Assembly: GCA_900617105.1 (NCBI GenBank)
Contig: UYFQ01000497.1
Coordinates: 1 to 57,773 of the forward strand
Direction of reading: 5' to 3'
Source of the DNA: Hydrurus foetidus
Lineage: Eukaryota
DNA: 57,773 nucleotides
Below are positions 15,101 through 27,100 of this stretch, in pieces. Under the pieces are notes generated by a model, which worked only from the letters and a program-made list of their open reading frames with translations, searched no databases and was not told where the DNA came from. Each line of letters opens with the position of its first letter. Position 1 is the stretch's first letter. The position numbers and the translations under genes were made by a program.

Positions 15101-18100
15101 AAGACCTTGGGTCAACTTTTCATCTGTGATATATTTAGCTGATTCTCCGAGGTGAGAAGTGAAAATGTCGTTTATAGTCCATACAAATTTGATGAATATT
15201 CTCGAGTATTTGACGATTTGGACGAGTTTGAGAGGAGTGAGAGCGAATTGAAGTTCGGATTTTATGTCAAGATTGATAAGCAGGTCGGCTGCTGAGGAGT
15301 GACAGGAGGAAGAGGAGGGGTGTGAGGAGGAGGAAGAGGAGGAGGAAGAGGAGGGGTGTGAGGAGGAGGAAGAGGAGGAGGAAGAAGATGGAGGGGAGGG
15401 TAGTAGTGAATCTGTAGAGGTAGCGGGGGCAGTGATAGAAGTAGAGACAGGGGTGGGTGTGGGTGTGGGTGTAGGGGTGGAGGTAGAGAGAGTGAGTGAG
15501 GTAGACTGATGTCGTTGAGATGGAGAAGCACCAACACCTACACCTACACACACCCACCCCTACGCAGTCCCGATCAGTACCAGGCACCCTGAAAGACAAA
15601 TGTGCATCTATCGGCTGCAACACATACCCCATATCCCTCTCTGACACAAAGATGCTCTTACCCCCTGTAGGGAGCATTCCAGCACACAGATCCTGGACTT
15701 CTAAAACCAAAGACAGTCCATTAGCTGCATTGTAGCTGCCATGCAATGCTGCCTTGCCCAAGTCCAGCACGAAGCACCCGTCATCGCTGCTGCCACTCAT
15801 AGGCAGTACGATCTTGTTGGAAGAAACTTCAACGGCTATGTTGAGTGAGTCGCCTGCTATTGCTGCAGCCACCTGTGCTGCCATATCAGCTCCTGTGTGT
15901 GCGGTGATCACCCCTTCTGCCCCCCACTCTGCGCTCTTTCTCAGGTAGTCGTTCTCATCGAACGCACTGACGACTTTGAGCAGCCCAGCAGCGCGAGCTG
16001 CTATCAAGTCGGAGAGCCTTTCTAAACACAACACATTCAGCACCACCTCTAGTGGTTGACAATGAGCACGTAGAGAAGATTTTCCTTTGGAAGTGCTCTC
16101 ATATACTACGCTTATCCCACACTGATTGGGCTCCGATTCGGGGTCGGTGTTGAGATTACTCTCTGTATTTTCTTCACTTAATGCAGCACTTGATGTCAGC
16201 ATGCGGCCAGATAATTGGTTACATTTCAGAATGTTTGAGTCGGCTGATACTGACTCTACCATCAATGCTCCTGCTCCTGCTCCTGCTGCTGGTGTTGGTG
16301 TTCTCGATGTGTGCGGTGTAGAGGATGAGGGCATGGACAGATTGGAAGGTGTCTGCACAGCGAATGACAGAAGTGTCCCCTTAACCGGTGTGACCGTCAC
16401 TAAATCCTGCACCTTTAATTCGCTCACAAAACACCCCACACAGATGTCAGTGGCAGAAGTAACGGTCATATTTCCCCCACACACCACCTGCACATCGGCT
16501 AAAGGTGTTACGTCAGACAGGCGGACAGACACACTAGCTGACACCTTGAGTCGTAGTAGAGTAAACACAACTCCCTCTCCACTACCTACACATCCGATAT
16601 CGCTCAACAGCTCATTTGTCAGATATTCCACTGACACGTCATCACTGCTCTCAGAAAGAGGTAGTGTAGAGGCAGAGAAAGAGGTAGAGGAGTTGATGTT
16701 TTTGATGCCGAATATTCTGTTGAGTAACTTCAAGGCTTTACTGTTGTTACTTCGTTTTTCATCACCACCTCTTTCTCCTCTTTCTCCTCCTTCTCCTGTG
16801 CCTCTGCTTCCACTTCTTGCACTGTTAAGATTATCGGTACCACTTACGCTACGACCCACCTTGTCGCCATCGATATCATCCTCATTATAATTTTGATTAT
16901 CAGTACCATTGCTCATGTCTTTGAGTGATGTGGATTTCACTTTTAGTACGTCTCTCTTGATTGTCTCGCTCTCAACAATTTTTTTCTCTTTTCTCTCCTT
17001 GTCCTTTTCCTCCTCTCCCATCTTTTCCTTATCCCTTTCCTTCTCCTTCTCCTTCTCCTTATCTTTGTCTTTGCTTTTTAAGTTGAAGACACTCTTAAGC
17101 ATCGCCCCGATACTTTTCTTAGAAGAGACCTTCCCACCTTTCTCATCCTTTTCACTGTTGATATCTTTCGATGACAATCTCTTAGTTGATGACTGCATCA
17201 TCTTAGTTGATGATGCTACACCGCTGGATGATCTTCCAAGTTGTCCACTCCTCTCTTTCTCTTTCTGTTTCTCTGACACAACTCCGTCAGCGCTCTTCAT
17301 ACCACTAACAGCACTAGTGGCACTAGTCACAGCTCTAGTCACTTCTGTCTCTGTTATACTGCAAGACTTCGCGTACGCAGCTAGGAGAGTTTCTGTAACC
17401 GCTTGCTGCCTGTACGCTATCAGCGCCTGCAAAGGCAACATCTGCTCAAACTTCAACATCTCCTTTCCCTCCGCTGCTGGTAGACTGATCCCCCCAGAAC
17501 TCTCCCGTAAGTACCTCTGCCACTCCAGTCCGGGCGGGCTCTCGAGGACTCCCCCCGACCCGACCCCTGACCCCGACCCCTGTCCGGATTCGAACCCCAG
17601 GAGGAAGTTGAGCAGAGGTGTAGCAGGGCGAGTGACAGACATTGCTACTAATTGTTTGTATCGCTTCTTGCATTGAACGCACAGTCGAATGGTCTCCGCC
17701 TATCAAGAAAATTTATTATGATCATTATTATGATCATTATTATGATCATTATTATTATTATCATCATCATTATTATTATTATTATTGCAATTAATGTCAG
17801 TATGATTATCATCACTTGTCTCATCATTGGATTAATTGGTTCAATTATGATTGACTGTATTATTAGTAACGGGTCCTTTGGGGTGATGCTTGTCAGCAGA
17901 AAAGAACGATCAGACACCAGTGTGTGCCCTATACAGCTCCACCAAACAACATGTACCAGCACTTCTACTCCTTTACTACTCCTCTAATGCTGCTGCATAA
18001 GACAAAATAGAGTGAGCCAAGATATCTTACTTTGTTGTACAAGATGTCATCCCTTCCTGTGAGCAGTTTATACGCGTAAATCCACCACGCTCTGGGGTTT

Positions 18101-19865
18101 TTAGTCGGTCTTTCAGTGGGTCTGAATAAGAACAAATGTCTCTGTCTCTGCACTACGCGGAAAGAATCCAGAACAGCTATGACCTGAGTGTTGAGAGAGA
18201 GTGTAGACAGACGACGTGAATGCGAAGACAAGGAGAAAAATGAGAATATGGAGCAATAGATGAATATCAGGAACGATCAGATCTTAGTTCTTCATTAAAC
18301 TGATTTCTACTCAATTCAATCTAAACAATGTATGCCTTGATCTCTCATATATTTTTCTCTTCAATCTACTCTATGCTGTTCTGCTGATTTTCTGTTCTGG
18401 TCTATTTCCTTCTATTCCATTCCCTCTCAATCTATTCTTCACTATTACGCACTACTCCTTCCTATTCCCCTCCCTTCCCTTTTCTTCTCTTCTGTTCTCT
18501 TTTCTTCTGCTCCATTATTTTTTACTCTACTCTCCTCTCCTCTCCTCTCCTCTCCTCTCCTCTCCTCTCCTCTCCTCTCCTCTCCTCTATTCCATTCTAC
18601 TCTATTCCATTCACTTCTCTACTGCTCCATTCATTTCAATTCCATGACAGTGCTGCATTTGTGTTGAATTTGAGTATTACCTGATTGAGCTGGTTTACAT
18701 TCGCAGCGAAACTCATACATCCGAAGTCAATTGATATGTCCACGAGGCACAAAGAGCTGTCTTTACTGCTGCTGTTATTATTGTTGTTGTTGCTGTTGAT
18801 GATATTGGTGGTGTCCTTATTGTTTGCTTTGTCTGGATGAGCAGTGTCAGTTACAGAGATGGTACCGCTGCCTATTTGATTGTGATTAATTCCTTCTGCT
18901 GCATTATCATAAGCCCTTTCAGCACTCCTTGCAGATGGTTTAGAACTGTCATGGGCGAATTTCACGACAATTAAATTGGGAGGTGTGAGAATATACTGTG
19001 TCGTTGAGCGAGACCTTAACTCATTCGATTGACTGTAGATCAACGACTTCATCGCTGCTAGCCATTGAGTCTCACTGTTGCGACCACTGCCCTCCTTGAT
19101 AGGACCGGGAGAATCGATGTTCCAGTATACAGCTAGATTCTTCACGGTGGCGATTTTGTAAGTTATTGGTGGCACAGGAGTTGTGCCACTTGTTTTCTTT
19201 GCATTAGATACTTTGTTGACCACAATCGTCTCTACCCAGTCCTTGTTAGTCGTCACGATCAGTATCTCATCTAATGTCACTCCGGCTGATATAAGTCTTC
19301 CTGGCATAGCCACACTGTCCTCATATCGAACATGAATGTTCCTGAATTTGAATTCAATATTCGCTAGAACTTTCGCAACTAGACCCTGAACGTAAGAAAC
19401 TGCGATTGAACTCGACCAAGAGTTGCTCTTTAGCTTCTTTTTGGCAAAAGTAGATGTCGCCTGACCCATTTCTTTCTTTCTTAGTTCACCAGATACATAG
19501 GCAAACGCGATTTTTTCTGCTCTCTCTAGAATCTTTCTTTTCAGCTCTGATGAATGGCGTCGCAAATCTTCAGCAGTGAATTTGTCATCTTGAGCAGGCC
19601 CGATAAATGCTATCAATCCGTCAAGCTGTATTGTTGTTGAGCTCTTTCCCAAGCTTGTCCAAGGGATGGTTACTTTCACACTCTCAAGTAATCCATGCAA
19701 GACGCTAATGGGGAGGTCAAGAGATGCTAGAGCATCAGCCTTCAGACGAAGGTCCTTCATCTCAATCTGACCAGACCATACGGCCATCTTCATATTCTCT
19801 CTTGATATATCTACAAACTCCCCAAGCGTCTCCATCAAGAGACCCAATACTATTGATTTCGCCAT
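1..19865 (-). CDS. VPS13: VPS13-family bridge-like lipid transfer protein, multi-exon, 3' part continues beyond the window start
   Basis: The ATG at 19865 opens a chorein-N domain (MAKSIVLGLLMETLGEFVD...AVWSGQIEMKDLRLK...VTIPWTSL...FRNIHVRYED). Later conserved motifs are RPTKNPRAWWIYA (~18030-18180), FFNPVVRCWEPLVEHW (~11200) and VAB-like segments (FEWSDD at 6549-6624; FSVKNDSDVAVSVIQ at ~4630-4780). The large ORFs 15267-17642, 13218-14420, 10520-12991 and 9262-10503 are read as exons of this gene. GT-AG joins checked by hand stay in frame, e.g. intron 15292-15580 and the ~7083->6624 junction. Confidence 0.9.
4303..4414. repeat. (GACA/GATA)n microsatellite in a VPS13 intron
   Basis: Tandem gacagacagata units are directly visible. 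Confidence 0.9.
5800..6105. repeat. Compound (TTCC)n/(TTTC)n-poly(T)-(TTTC)n pure pyrimidine tract in a VPS13 intron
   Basis: About 300 nt containing only C and T on the + strand. It is the source of the spurious poly-F and poly-K ORFs. Confidence 0.95.
6871..7050. mobile_element. Degenerate foldback/MITE-like hairpin in a VPS13 intron, with an extra arm copy at 6473-6529
   Basis: 6896-6941 (tctggacccactcctacaaacgacaatccacacacactaactgtac) pairs with 6967-7010 with few mismatches. The outer ends TCAAGG...CCTTTGA also match loosely. Confidence 0.6.
8362..8477. repeat. (CAGT)n microsatellite in a VPS13 intron
   Basis: Directly visible tandem cagt units. Confidence 0.95.
10383..10471. repeat. 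13-bp tandem repeat (GAAGATAAAGATG/A)n in a VPS13 intron
   Basis: About 6 near-identical units are visible. They explain the repeated IFYLYLPSLSS text at the start of ORF 9262-10503. Confidence 0.85.
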
Positions 19866-20854
19866 CGCAAGCCGAAGTATTTGGACCTATGTAATGCTTT
19901 CACTCGATTGATCTTCACAGAATCATTAAGTCATATCCAATAGAGCTTGACTTGCAAGTTCAAAGCGTCATCCATCGTGGGAACTCTTCGTTTAATCGTG
20001 TCATTTAATATGCATGATGCGGAGAGAATACCAAAGCAAGAGCAGGCAGACGGCAGAGGCGCGACTTCTACATCACTGAAAGCACAAAGCACGGCAAATC
20101 TGTAAATTTTCTGTATGATACAGAAACGGAAATGATCAGATTTCCGTACTTCGAATTCTCTTCGACGTACTGTAACACAGTACTGTATGAATTATGGACG
20201 TCTGCTGCGTGTAAACAGTACATTTTTTTACATTTGCCGAAACTACTTCGATTAACTTCACTAGTACTCAGAATCAGACTTTCACTCACTATTCTACTGT
20301 GTTGAGAGAGACTTCGTTGCGGAAAATAAGGAGTTCGCGCGTAAATAGTGCATAGGCTGCCAAAACTTTTAGATGATACGAATTGTATTTTACACAGGTA
20401 ATCCGCTATCGCCTCAAAATCAGAGGTAATGAAACAAGATTTCTCGCTCAGAGTCGGAAAATTATACTTGCGAAGCAGCCCAATTTCCCCGTACTTGGAT
20501 TAAGGGACGATGTGAATCATTCGCAAGGCACCAGTGAAAATTTGCAAAACATCTTTTTAATATTCCCACGGATATCTACTATCAAACTCATCTAATTTAC
20601 AACTGTACATATCATCTCAATACAGTTGCTCCGCGCCTTATTCTTTCGGTAAAATTTTACCGAATACTCCGGTTTATTCCGACGTTGAAGAAACAGTGAG
20701 GTCAGCATAAAAATAAAAATTTGCTGTTCAGAATCGAAATTTTTAGGAGTAGAAGACGTTGTACGTTGAGCCAACTGTAGCCACACTCTCACAACTGACA
20801 CATTACTTCACCAGTGAATTCGACTTTCGCCCGTGCCTTAAACAGTTGACTACG

Positions 20855-21978
20855 ATGGCTACGATAGGATTGATGGAGGGGGCCTACTTCGTGGGCCGAA
20901 AGGAAATTATTGACTTCGTAAATACTACCTTGGAACTCCGCCTAAATAAGGTTGAAGAAACAGCATCAGGATGCGTGGCTTGCCAGCTTCTTGATATGAT
21001 GTACCCTAATACAGTCCCAATGAGCAAGGTTGATTGGAGCGCCAACAAAAATTTCGAGTATGTCGCGAACTACAAGATATTACAGACGTGTTTTACCAAA
21101 CTCCACATTGATCGTCACATCGACGTTGATAGACTTATTAGTGGTAAATACATGGACAACCTTGAGTTCATGCAGTGGTTCAAGAGATATTTCGAACTCA
21201 ACGGTGGCGAGAAGGGGACATACAACTGTAGAGGTCAAAGAGCAAAGGGGAAAGGCGGAGCAGCAGTTCTCAACGCCAGTCTGAAACCGTCAGGAATGCC
21301 TACCCCAGCCAAGAAGGTGGTGCCAGTCACACGCCGGGCATCTAAAGCACCAGTAGTTATCAACAGAACACCGGCACCCTTCGCATCCGGCATCAGTGGT
21401 CCGCCATTAGTGGAAGAGAGGGCGCCAGCACCAGTAGTTCCTAAGAACGCTTTGAAGAAGTTCGATGACGCAGTGGACCGCTCCACTCTTCTGGCAGAGA
21501 TTGCCATGCTTACCGGTGCACGTGATGACAACGAGAAGGCTTTCAATGAATTGAGGGTTGAGATGGATGGGTTGGAGAAAGAGAGGGACTTCTATTTCGA
21601 CAAGTTGAGAGACATCGAGATCATTCTGCAGGATTCCGAAGATGCGGGAAGCGGAACGGAAGTCACGGCAGCTGTCTTCAAAGTGCTCTACGCTACCCAG
21701 GTACTTCACTTTACAAAAAATCACAGCATCGTTCTGTCTAGCATGGTGTAGCATAGCGTAGCATGGTATGGCGTAGCATAGCATGGCATTGTATGGCACA
21801 TAGCATGATATGATATGGCGTGGTAGATTTTTTTTATTTTATTCAGATGATAATACCAAAATCGTTCAGAATCTGACAGAATTCCGATTTACGTACTTAG
21901 GAGGGATTTGAAGAGCAAGAAGAAGAGCCCGAAGATGGGGATGCCGACGAGGAAGCTGTCGATGAAGACGAGGATTAA
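20855..21978 (+). CDS. EB1: Microtubule plus-end-binding protein EB1 (CH domain + EBH domain), 2 exons: 20855-21700, 21901-21978
   Basis: CH domain MEGAYFVGRKEI...NKVEETASG...ANYKILQ...YMDNLEFMQWFK; EBH motif GLEKERDFYFDKLRDIE...VLYATQ; a GT..AG intron leads to the acidic tail EGFEEQEEE...DEDED*. Confidence 0.96.
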
Positions 21979-22042
21979 TCTCTCAGCATGCTCTTATCTT
22001 TCATAGAGAGATGCGTACTACATCGTGTTTTATTCTCTCTAA

Positions 22043-22268
22043 TCACATCTCATCACACCACGTCACGTCACACCACATCATATCACATCACACCTCATCA
22101 CACCACATCACATCACACCACACCACACATCACATCACATCACATCACATCACATCACATCACACCACATCACACCACATCACATCACATCACACCACAT
22201 CTCACCACATCACATCTCATCACACCACATCTCACCACATCACATCACACCACGTCACGTCACGTCAC
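22043..22268. repeat. (CACAT/CACAC)n pentamer microsatellite downstream of EB1
   Basis: Directly visible. The same pentamer family occurs at ~2500-2560 (reverse strand) and ~34680-34760. Confidence 0.9.
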
Positions 22269-24123
22269 TAATGATCATATCCCATGTAGTTTCATCCTAT
22301 ATTGTATCGTCATACTGTATAATGTCACTGCATATTATACCGTATTGTACCGTTCATCTTTATCGCAGAGCGGGTAGTCCCGCGTACGGATGATGCGAGT
22401 AATCGTCATCTCCTACTTGCATGTTCCTCCTCATCCCTATGCAGTGCAGTGCAGTGCGGTGCAGTGCAGTGCTGTGCTGTGTATCATCTTGCATCTACGA
22501 ACTGAAGCTGTGTCAGAATTCAAAACACCTCTGGAGTTGTTTGATTTATTTTTTTTGTTTTACTTTATTTTGTTTGATTGGAAGTCAAATCATGTTTCCT
22601 GAATATCTCGAATCAAATTTGATGAAATAACATATAATCTCATTAAGACACATCAAATTTATAATACCCCACACCGTATTGTCACTACTTTTATACTTTT
22701 TGAACGATAATTAAAAATGAAGAACTGTGCACATCAGCGAAATGTCTTGAAAACGTTTTGAAACATCAGGGCTGGAAATCGTTTTGTCAATCGTTCTGTC
22801 TATACTGATAGCTGCTCTGTTTGTCATACGACAGAACATCTGTATAGGGTTACCGTCTTTCCTCCACCACTCTGCTCTACCCGCCTGTACTCTGGTTTGG
22901 TTTGGTCTATCTTCGTCTCAATCTTCTTCTTTAAAATTTCCTCGCTGTTCCCACCATCCGTTTATTTTCATTTTCATTCCCGAAGTGTTCTACGGTGTCT
23001 TTTGTACTTTTCACCCGCACTTCTTCCATTTTCTTCTTCTTCTTCTTCCTCTTCCAGTCGTGCAGTGGGCACATACTTGCACAGCTATTGGTATCGTCCT
23101 TATAATGCGCTGTACAATCCTCACTGATCTCCGTAACAGACCGGCAGAACATTAACACCACTTTGAAAGCCGATTGTACGGAGCACACTGACGACTCAAA
23201 TCTAAATCGTGTTGAAGTTGCACAACTGATGGCCGTGATAGAACATTTGAATGCCGTAACATGAGCAGCTGATCAATTTATCATCAATTCCGTTGATAAC
23301 GCAGCAGTGCGATGAAGATGTGCGTGTACGCACACCAAATAAGAGAATGCCTCATTCTTGCCTTTGCAAGCTTCAATGCCAATTCAAATTGCTCTTCACT
23401 CAGATCTACACCTCGTAAAAATCAAGAAACTGTTTTTTGCATTGATGTCTTGTGTTTTGTTTAGGTCATTAGCTTTGTATCACTTTGTTGTAATGATAAA
23501 TAGATACGAGCAGACGATCAGTGCTAAAAATAGAATAATTGTGAATCTTGCGCGGTTTAAGATGAGAAGAAAAGAAAAGAGAGAAAATAATGTGGACGAA
23601 AAAAATGAAAACAGAAAAAGTGAATGGGAGAATGCATGGCTTGTAACGATGAGAAATGGAACATACCGAAACAGACCGAAACAGACCGAAACACATCGCT
23701 TTAAGTCACAAAGCAACAATTGGATGAGGAATAAAGAAAAGAGGAGTAGAGAAAGAAATACAATATACTCGATAAAAAAGACTAAGCGTAGTTCAAGTTG
23801 CAGTTGAAGTTAGAGATACCAGAGATAGCCCGAAATACACGTAGCGATGAAATGAAATAAAAACAAATAGAGGAATTGCGATAACCGAAGAGAAAGTGAG
23901 GTGAAAGGTGAAAGATGGGTGGAGAACACGATGAGGCTGAGAAAAGAGGCTGGTGAAAGAAAAGAGGAAAGAGGGGACAGGACGGTGTGTATGTATGCCT
24001 GTATGTACAAGTTTTTCTTTTTCGCATGCTACTGATTGCCATCATGCATGTTTGACAAGCAAATGGAACAGAACAGAACAGAACAGAATAGGATAGAGAG
24101 GATTTGACTGGACTGTGCAGTGG

Positions 24124-27100
24124 CTATGCACTGCGTTGCAGAGCGCAGTCGGAGGTGGGTGGTATGGGCAGATTGTGAAACGTTTTGCTCGTTACAGGAA
24201 GGTTCTCAGGCAGTACATCTAGCAGCTCCAGTAGGAGTTGAAGATGAGGTGTTCTGTCTACCAAACAGCCCAGAGCTACAATGTACGCACGCAGTAATTG
24301 TAGTTGTAAATGCGCCTTCAGATTGATGTCCGTCATCCCTTTTAACGTAGCGTGCTCCGACTCATCCTTGCCAATGCACCACAGTTTGAACAGTTCAAGA
24401 GTAGAGGCGAAATCCTGCTTGGAGAGGAGGGAAGGCATGTGTCGGAGTAACAGAGGAGACTCATCCATACTGACCGTCATGGCCTCATGTAGGGCTCTAA
24501 AGTCGTCGTAGCACATAGACATCGCACTCCTGTGCCCTGTCCAACTAGCAACCACCGTGAAAACCGTCATCTCACTGCTGAATATACGGAATTTACTGAT
24601 TGTGAATTGCGTTTCAGGGGATGGAAGGGGGGTCTCTGCGGTGACACTGGATGCAGTCGTTAAAGGTGTGCTTTTTCCTCTCTCCATTTCCCTCTCCCTC
24701 TCTTTTAATTTCTCTTTTTCCCTCATCTTTTCCTTTTCGTCCCTTTCATCATATTCATGCTGAGAGCTGGTAGATTGCTGCGTGATCAAAAAAAGCAATT
24801 AAGATAATATGCAATGAGACATTGGTAGGAAATCCGTGCAGTACAGTAGAGTGGAGTATGATACAGTACACTGCAGTACAGTAGAGTACAGCAAGGACGG
24901 GAGAGATCGTTGTCGTGACGAAGTGCATGACTTGAATAAAAATTGACGAAAATGAACAAGAAGGTAGTTTAAGAAATGTGTGAATATATAATATGAGACA
25001 ATTAGATGTCTTTGAGTTTGCCGTGTCGTGTCGTGTCGTGTCGTGTTGTGTCGCATTATGCTTCACTCACCGTTTCAGTGGCCGAGTCTGCAGTCATATG
25101 CACGTCCATTCTGTCTCTATGGGGCACTTTATGAGTTGAAGCAAAGAACGTGATATTGCTAACACTCGTATTTCCTTGAACATTATTATTATTATTATTG
25201 GTGTTGGTGCAGTGCTTGACAAGGGGTAATTTAGTCACTGAGCCCTGTCCAGGGCTGAGGGCGCTGTTCGCTTTTTCTATGCAGCTCTCCAACCGTGCCA
25301 CCCACTCGTCCATGTCGGGCACACTCTCTGCGGCAAACTCTCTACTAGCTAGTCTGAGAAATGAAAAGAGAAGAAGGAGGGAGAGGAGGGGGAGAGGGAG
25401 GGTTAGTGTGAGAAGAGGAGACGATAGAGGGGTGAGGGATAGAGTTGGTGTCTGTCTAAGAAGTGGGAGGGGGGTGAGGAGAGTGAATGATGAGTGGGTG
25501 GGTGAGTTGAAGAGGAGGAGGGTAGAGTGAGGGTTAGTGTGAGAAATGCAAGGAAGAGAAGGAAGAGAAGGGGAAGTGAGGGTCAATGCTAGTTAGTATT
25601 GATGAAGTGTTGGTACACGTCACGATCCGGATGTAGCGTGTCCATGATCGAGTCTTAGGATAATGGATGTTCTGAACGGACTACTTGATGAACACAGTAC
25701 AGCTTGATGGCGCGACACTTACTCACAACACATCAACTCATGCGAAACAAACAATAAATAATTATGACGTACTTTCTGGCCGTATCCCGGCCACCCATAG
25801 GTGAATTCGTACTGCCACTTATTCCACCTCCCTGCTCCTTCCCTGCATCCCTGAGTTCCACCATGTTAGATATCTGAAATCTGTACTGCAAGGTACGTGT
25901 GACAGTGGCTCCTGTAAGGCAGTATGACTTTGACTTGATATCTGTGGAGGACGTCCACTTCAACGTGCTCCCAGATATTGTCACACACACTTTCTTCCAG
26001 TTACGAAAAAATCCTACGATATCAAAATTAATGATATTAGCATCTATTTCAATGATTTACCATCTAATTCACTGAAAGTACAGGGAACGTACCAGTGCTG
26101 TTCTTCTTGTAGAGGATGCCAAGGTAGTACACGTCCGCGTCATTGCGATTCTTTTGGATAGAATTCATGGATGTTAAAGGGGTCATCCTAAAAGCGGATC
26201 GGGTTTTATTTTGGGGGGCAGTTATACTTGACCCTGCCCCCGACCCCGGGGACGAGAGGGAGTCCGACCCCTGACTGTAGGTACAGCTGTAGTTATTGTT
26301 GGGGTCATTACCGGGGTTGTTAGTGTGGCGTGTTTCATTGGCTGCATTGTGGCTGTTGTTTAGATTGTGGCTGTGACTGTTGCTGGGACTCATACTGTTA
26401 GCCAGGGATGTGTTGGATGAGAGGTCGAGTGCGCTGTTGTGTGAGCGATTGAGAGTACTGCTGCCGTGACTATCGGTCTCCTCATCCACGCTAGTGACGT
26501 ACTCGTTGTGCGTGTCGTTCAATGCACTGATATTCAGCCCGATGAAACTGTCGTCCACGAACCCGCTGTCGGCTGCATGACTGCTGTCTAGTATACTACT
26601 GGTGTCCATGAAATCTGCAGGGCTGCAATCACCACTCTTACCCGCCCTCCCTCCATCCCTCTCCCTGTCCCTGTCCATTCCTTTTGCGTACTTACTGCTG
26701 CTACTACTGATCGGAGTACTGTCAATGTTTCTGGAATCTAGGGTACAGAGTCCACCCCCTGTTATCCCCATAGGAACACACGCAGAGTCTACAGCTGTCT
26801 TGTTTTTCTCACAGCTGTTGGGGATTTGTCTGGAATCTGGTCCAAGTTCCTCTGGATTGACTACACCGCAAGACACATCTCTCTTTCCTCCCTCCTCCAT
26901 GTTACCCGGTTTCTTCTTCTCACTGATACTGCTCACACCACCAACAGCGACAGCAGTAGCAGTAGTGCTAGTGGTGAGCGGTGTCCCGACATGCCTATCG
27001 ATTTCTTTGCGTTCAGTAGATAGTAGTGGTCCGTGCGTGTGCGCAGGAGGTGACAGATGAGCAGTACTGGCAGTAAAAGAAGAGGAGGTAGGTGCGATAA

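Noticed and set aside
15292..15580. Apparent frameshift between VPS13 ORFs 15267-17642 and 14864-15553
   Set aside because: A GT-AG intron at 15580-15292 (CCTG|gtactg...ctcctcag|CAGCC) joins the two frames correctly, so neither a pseudogene nor recoding is needed.
22784..23807. Short ORFs between EB1 and the kinase
   Set aside because: They are low-complexity with no recognisable motif, and are likely convergent 3' UTR or intergenic sequence.
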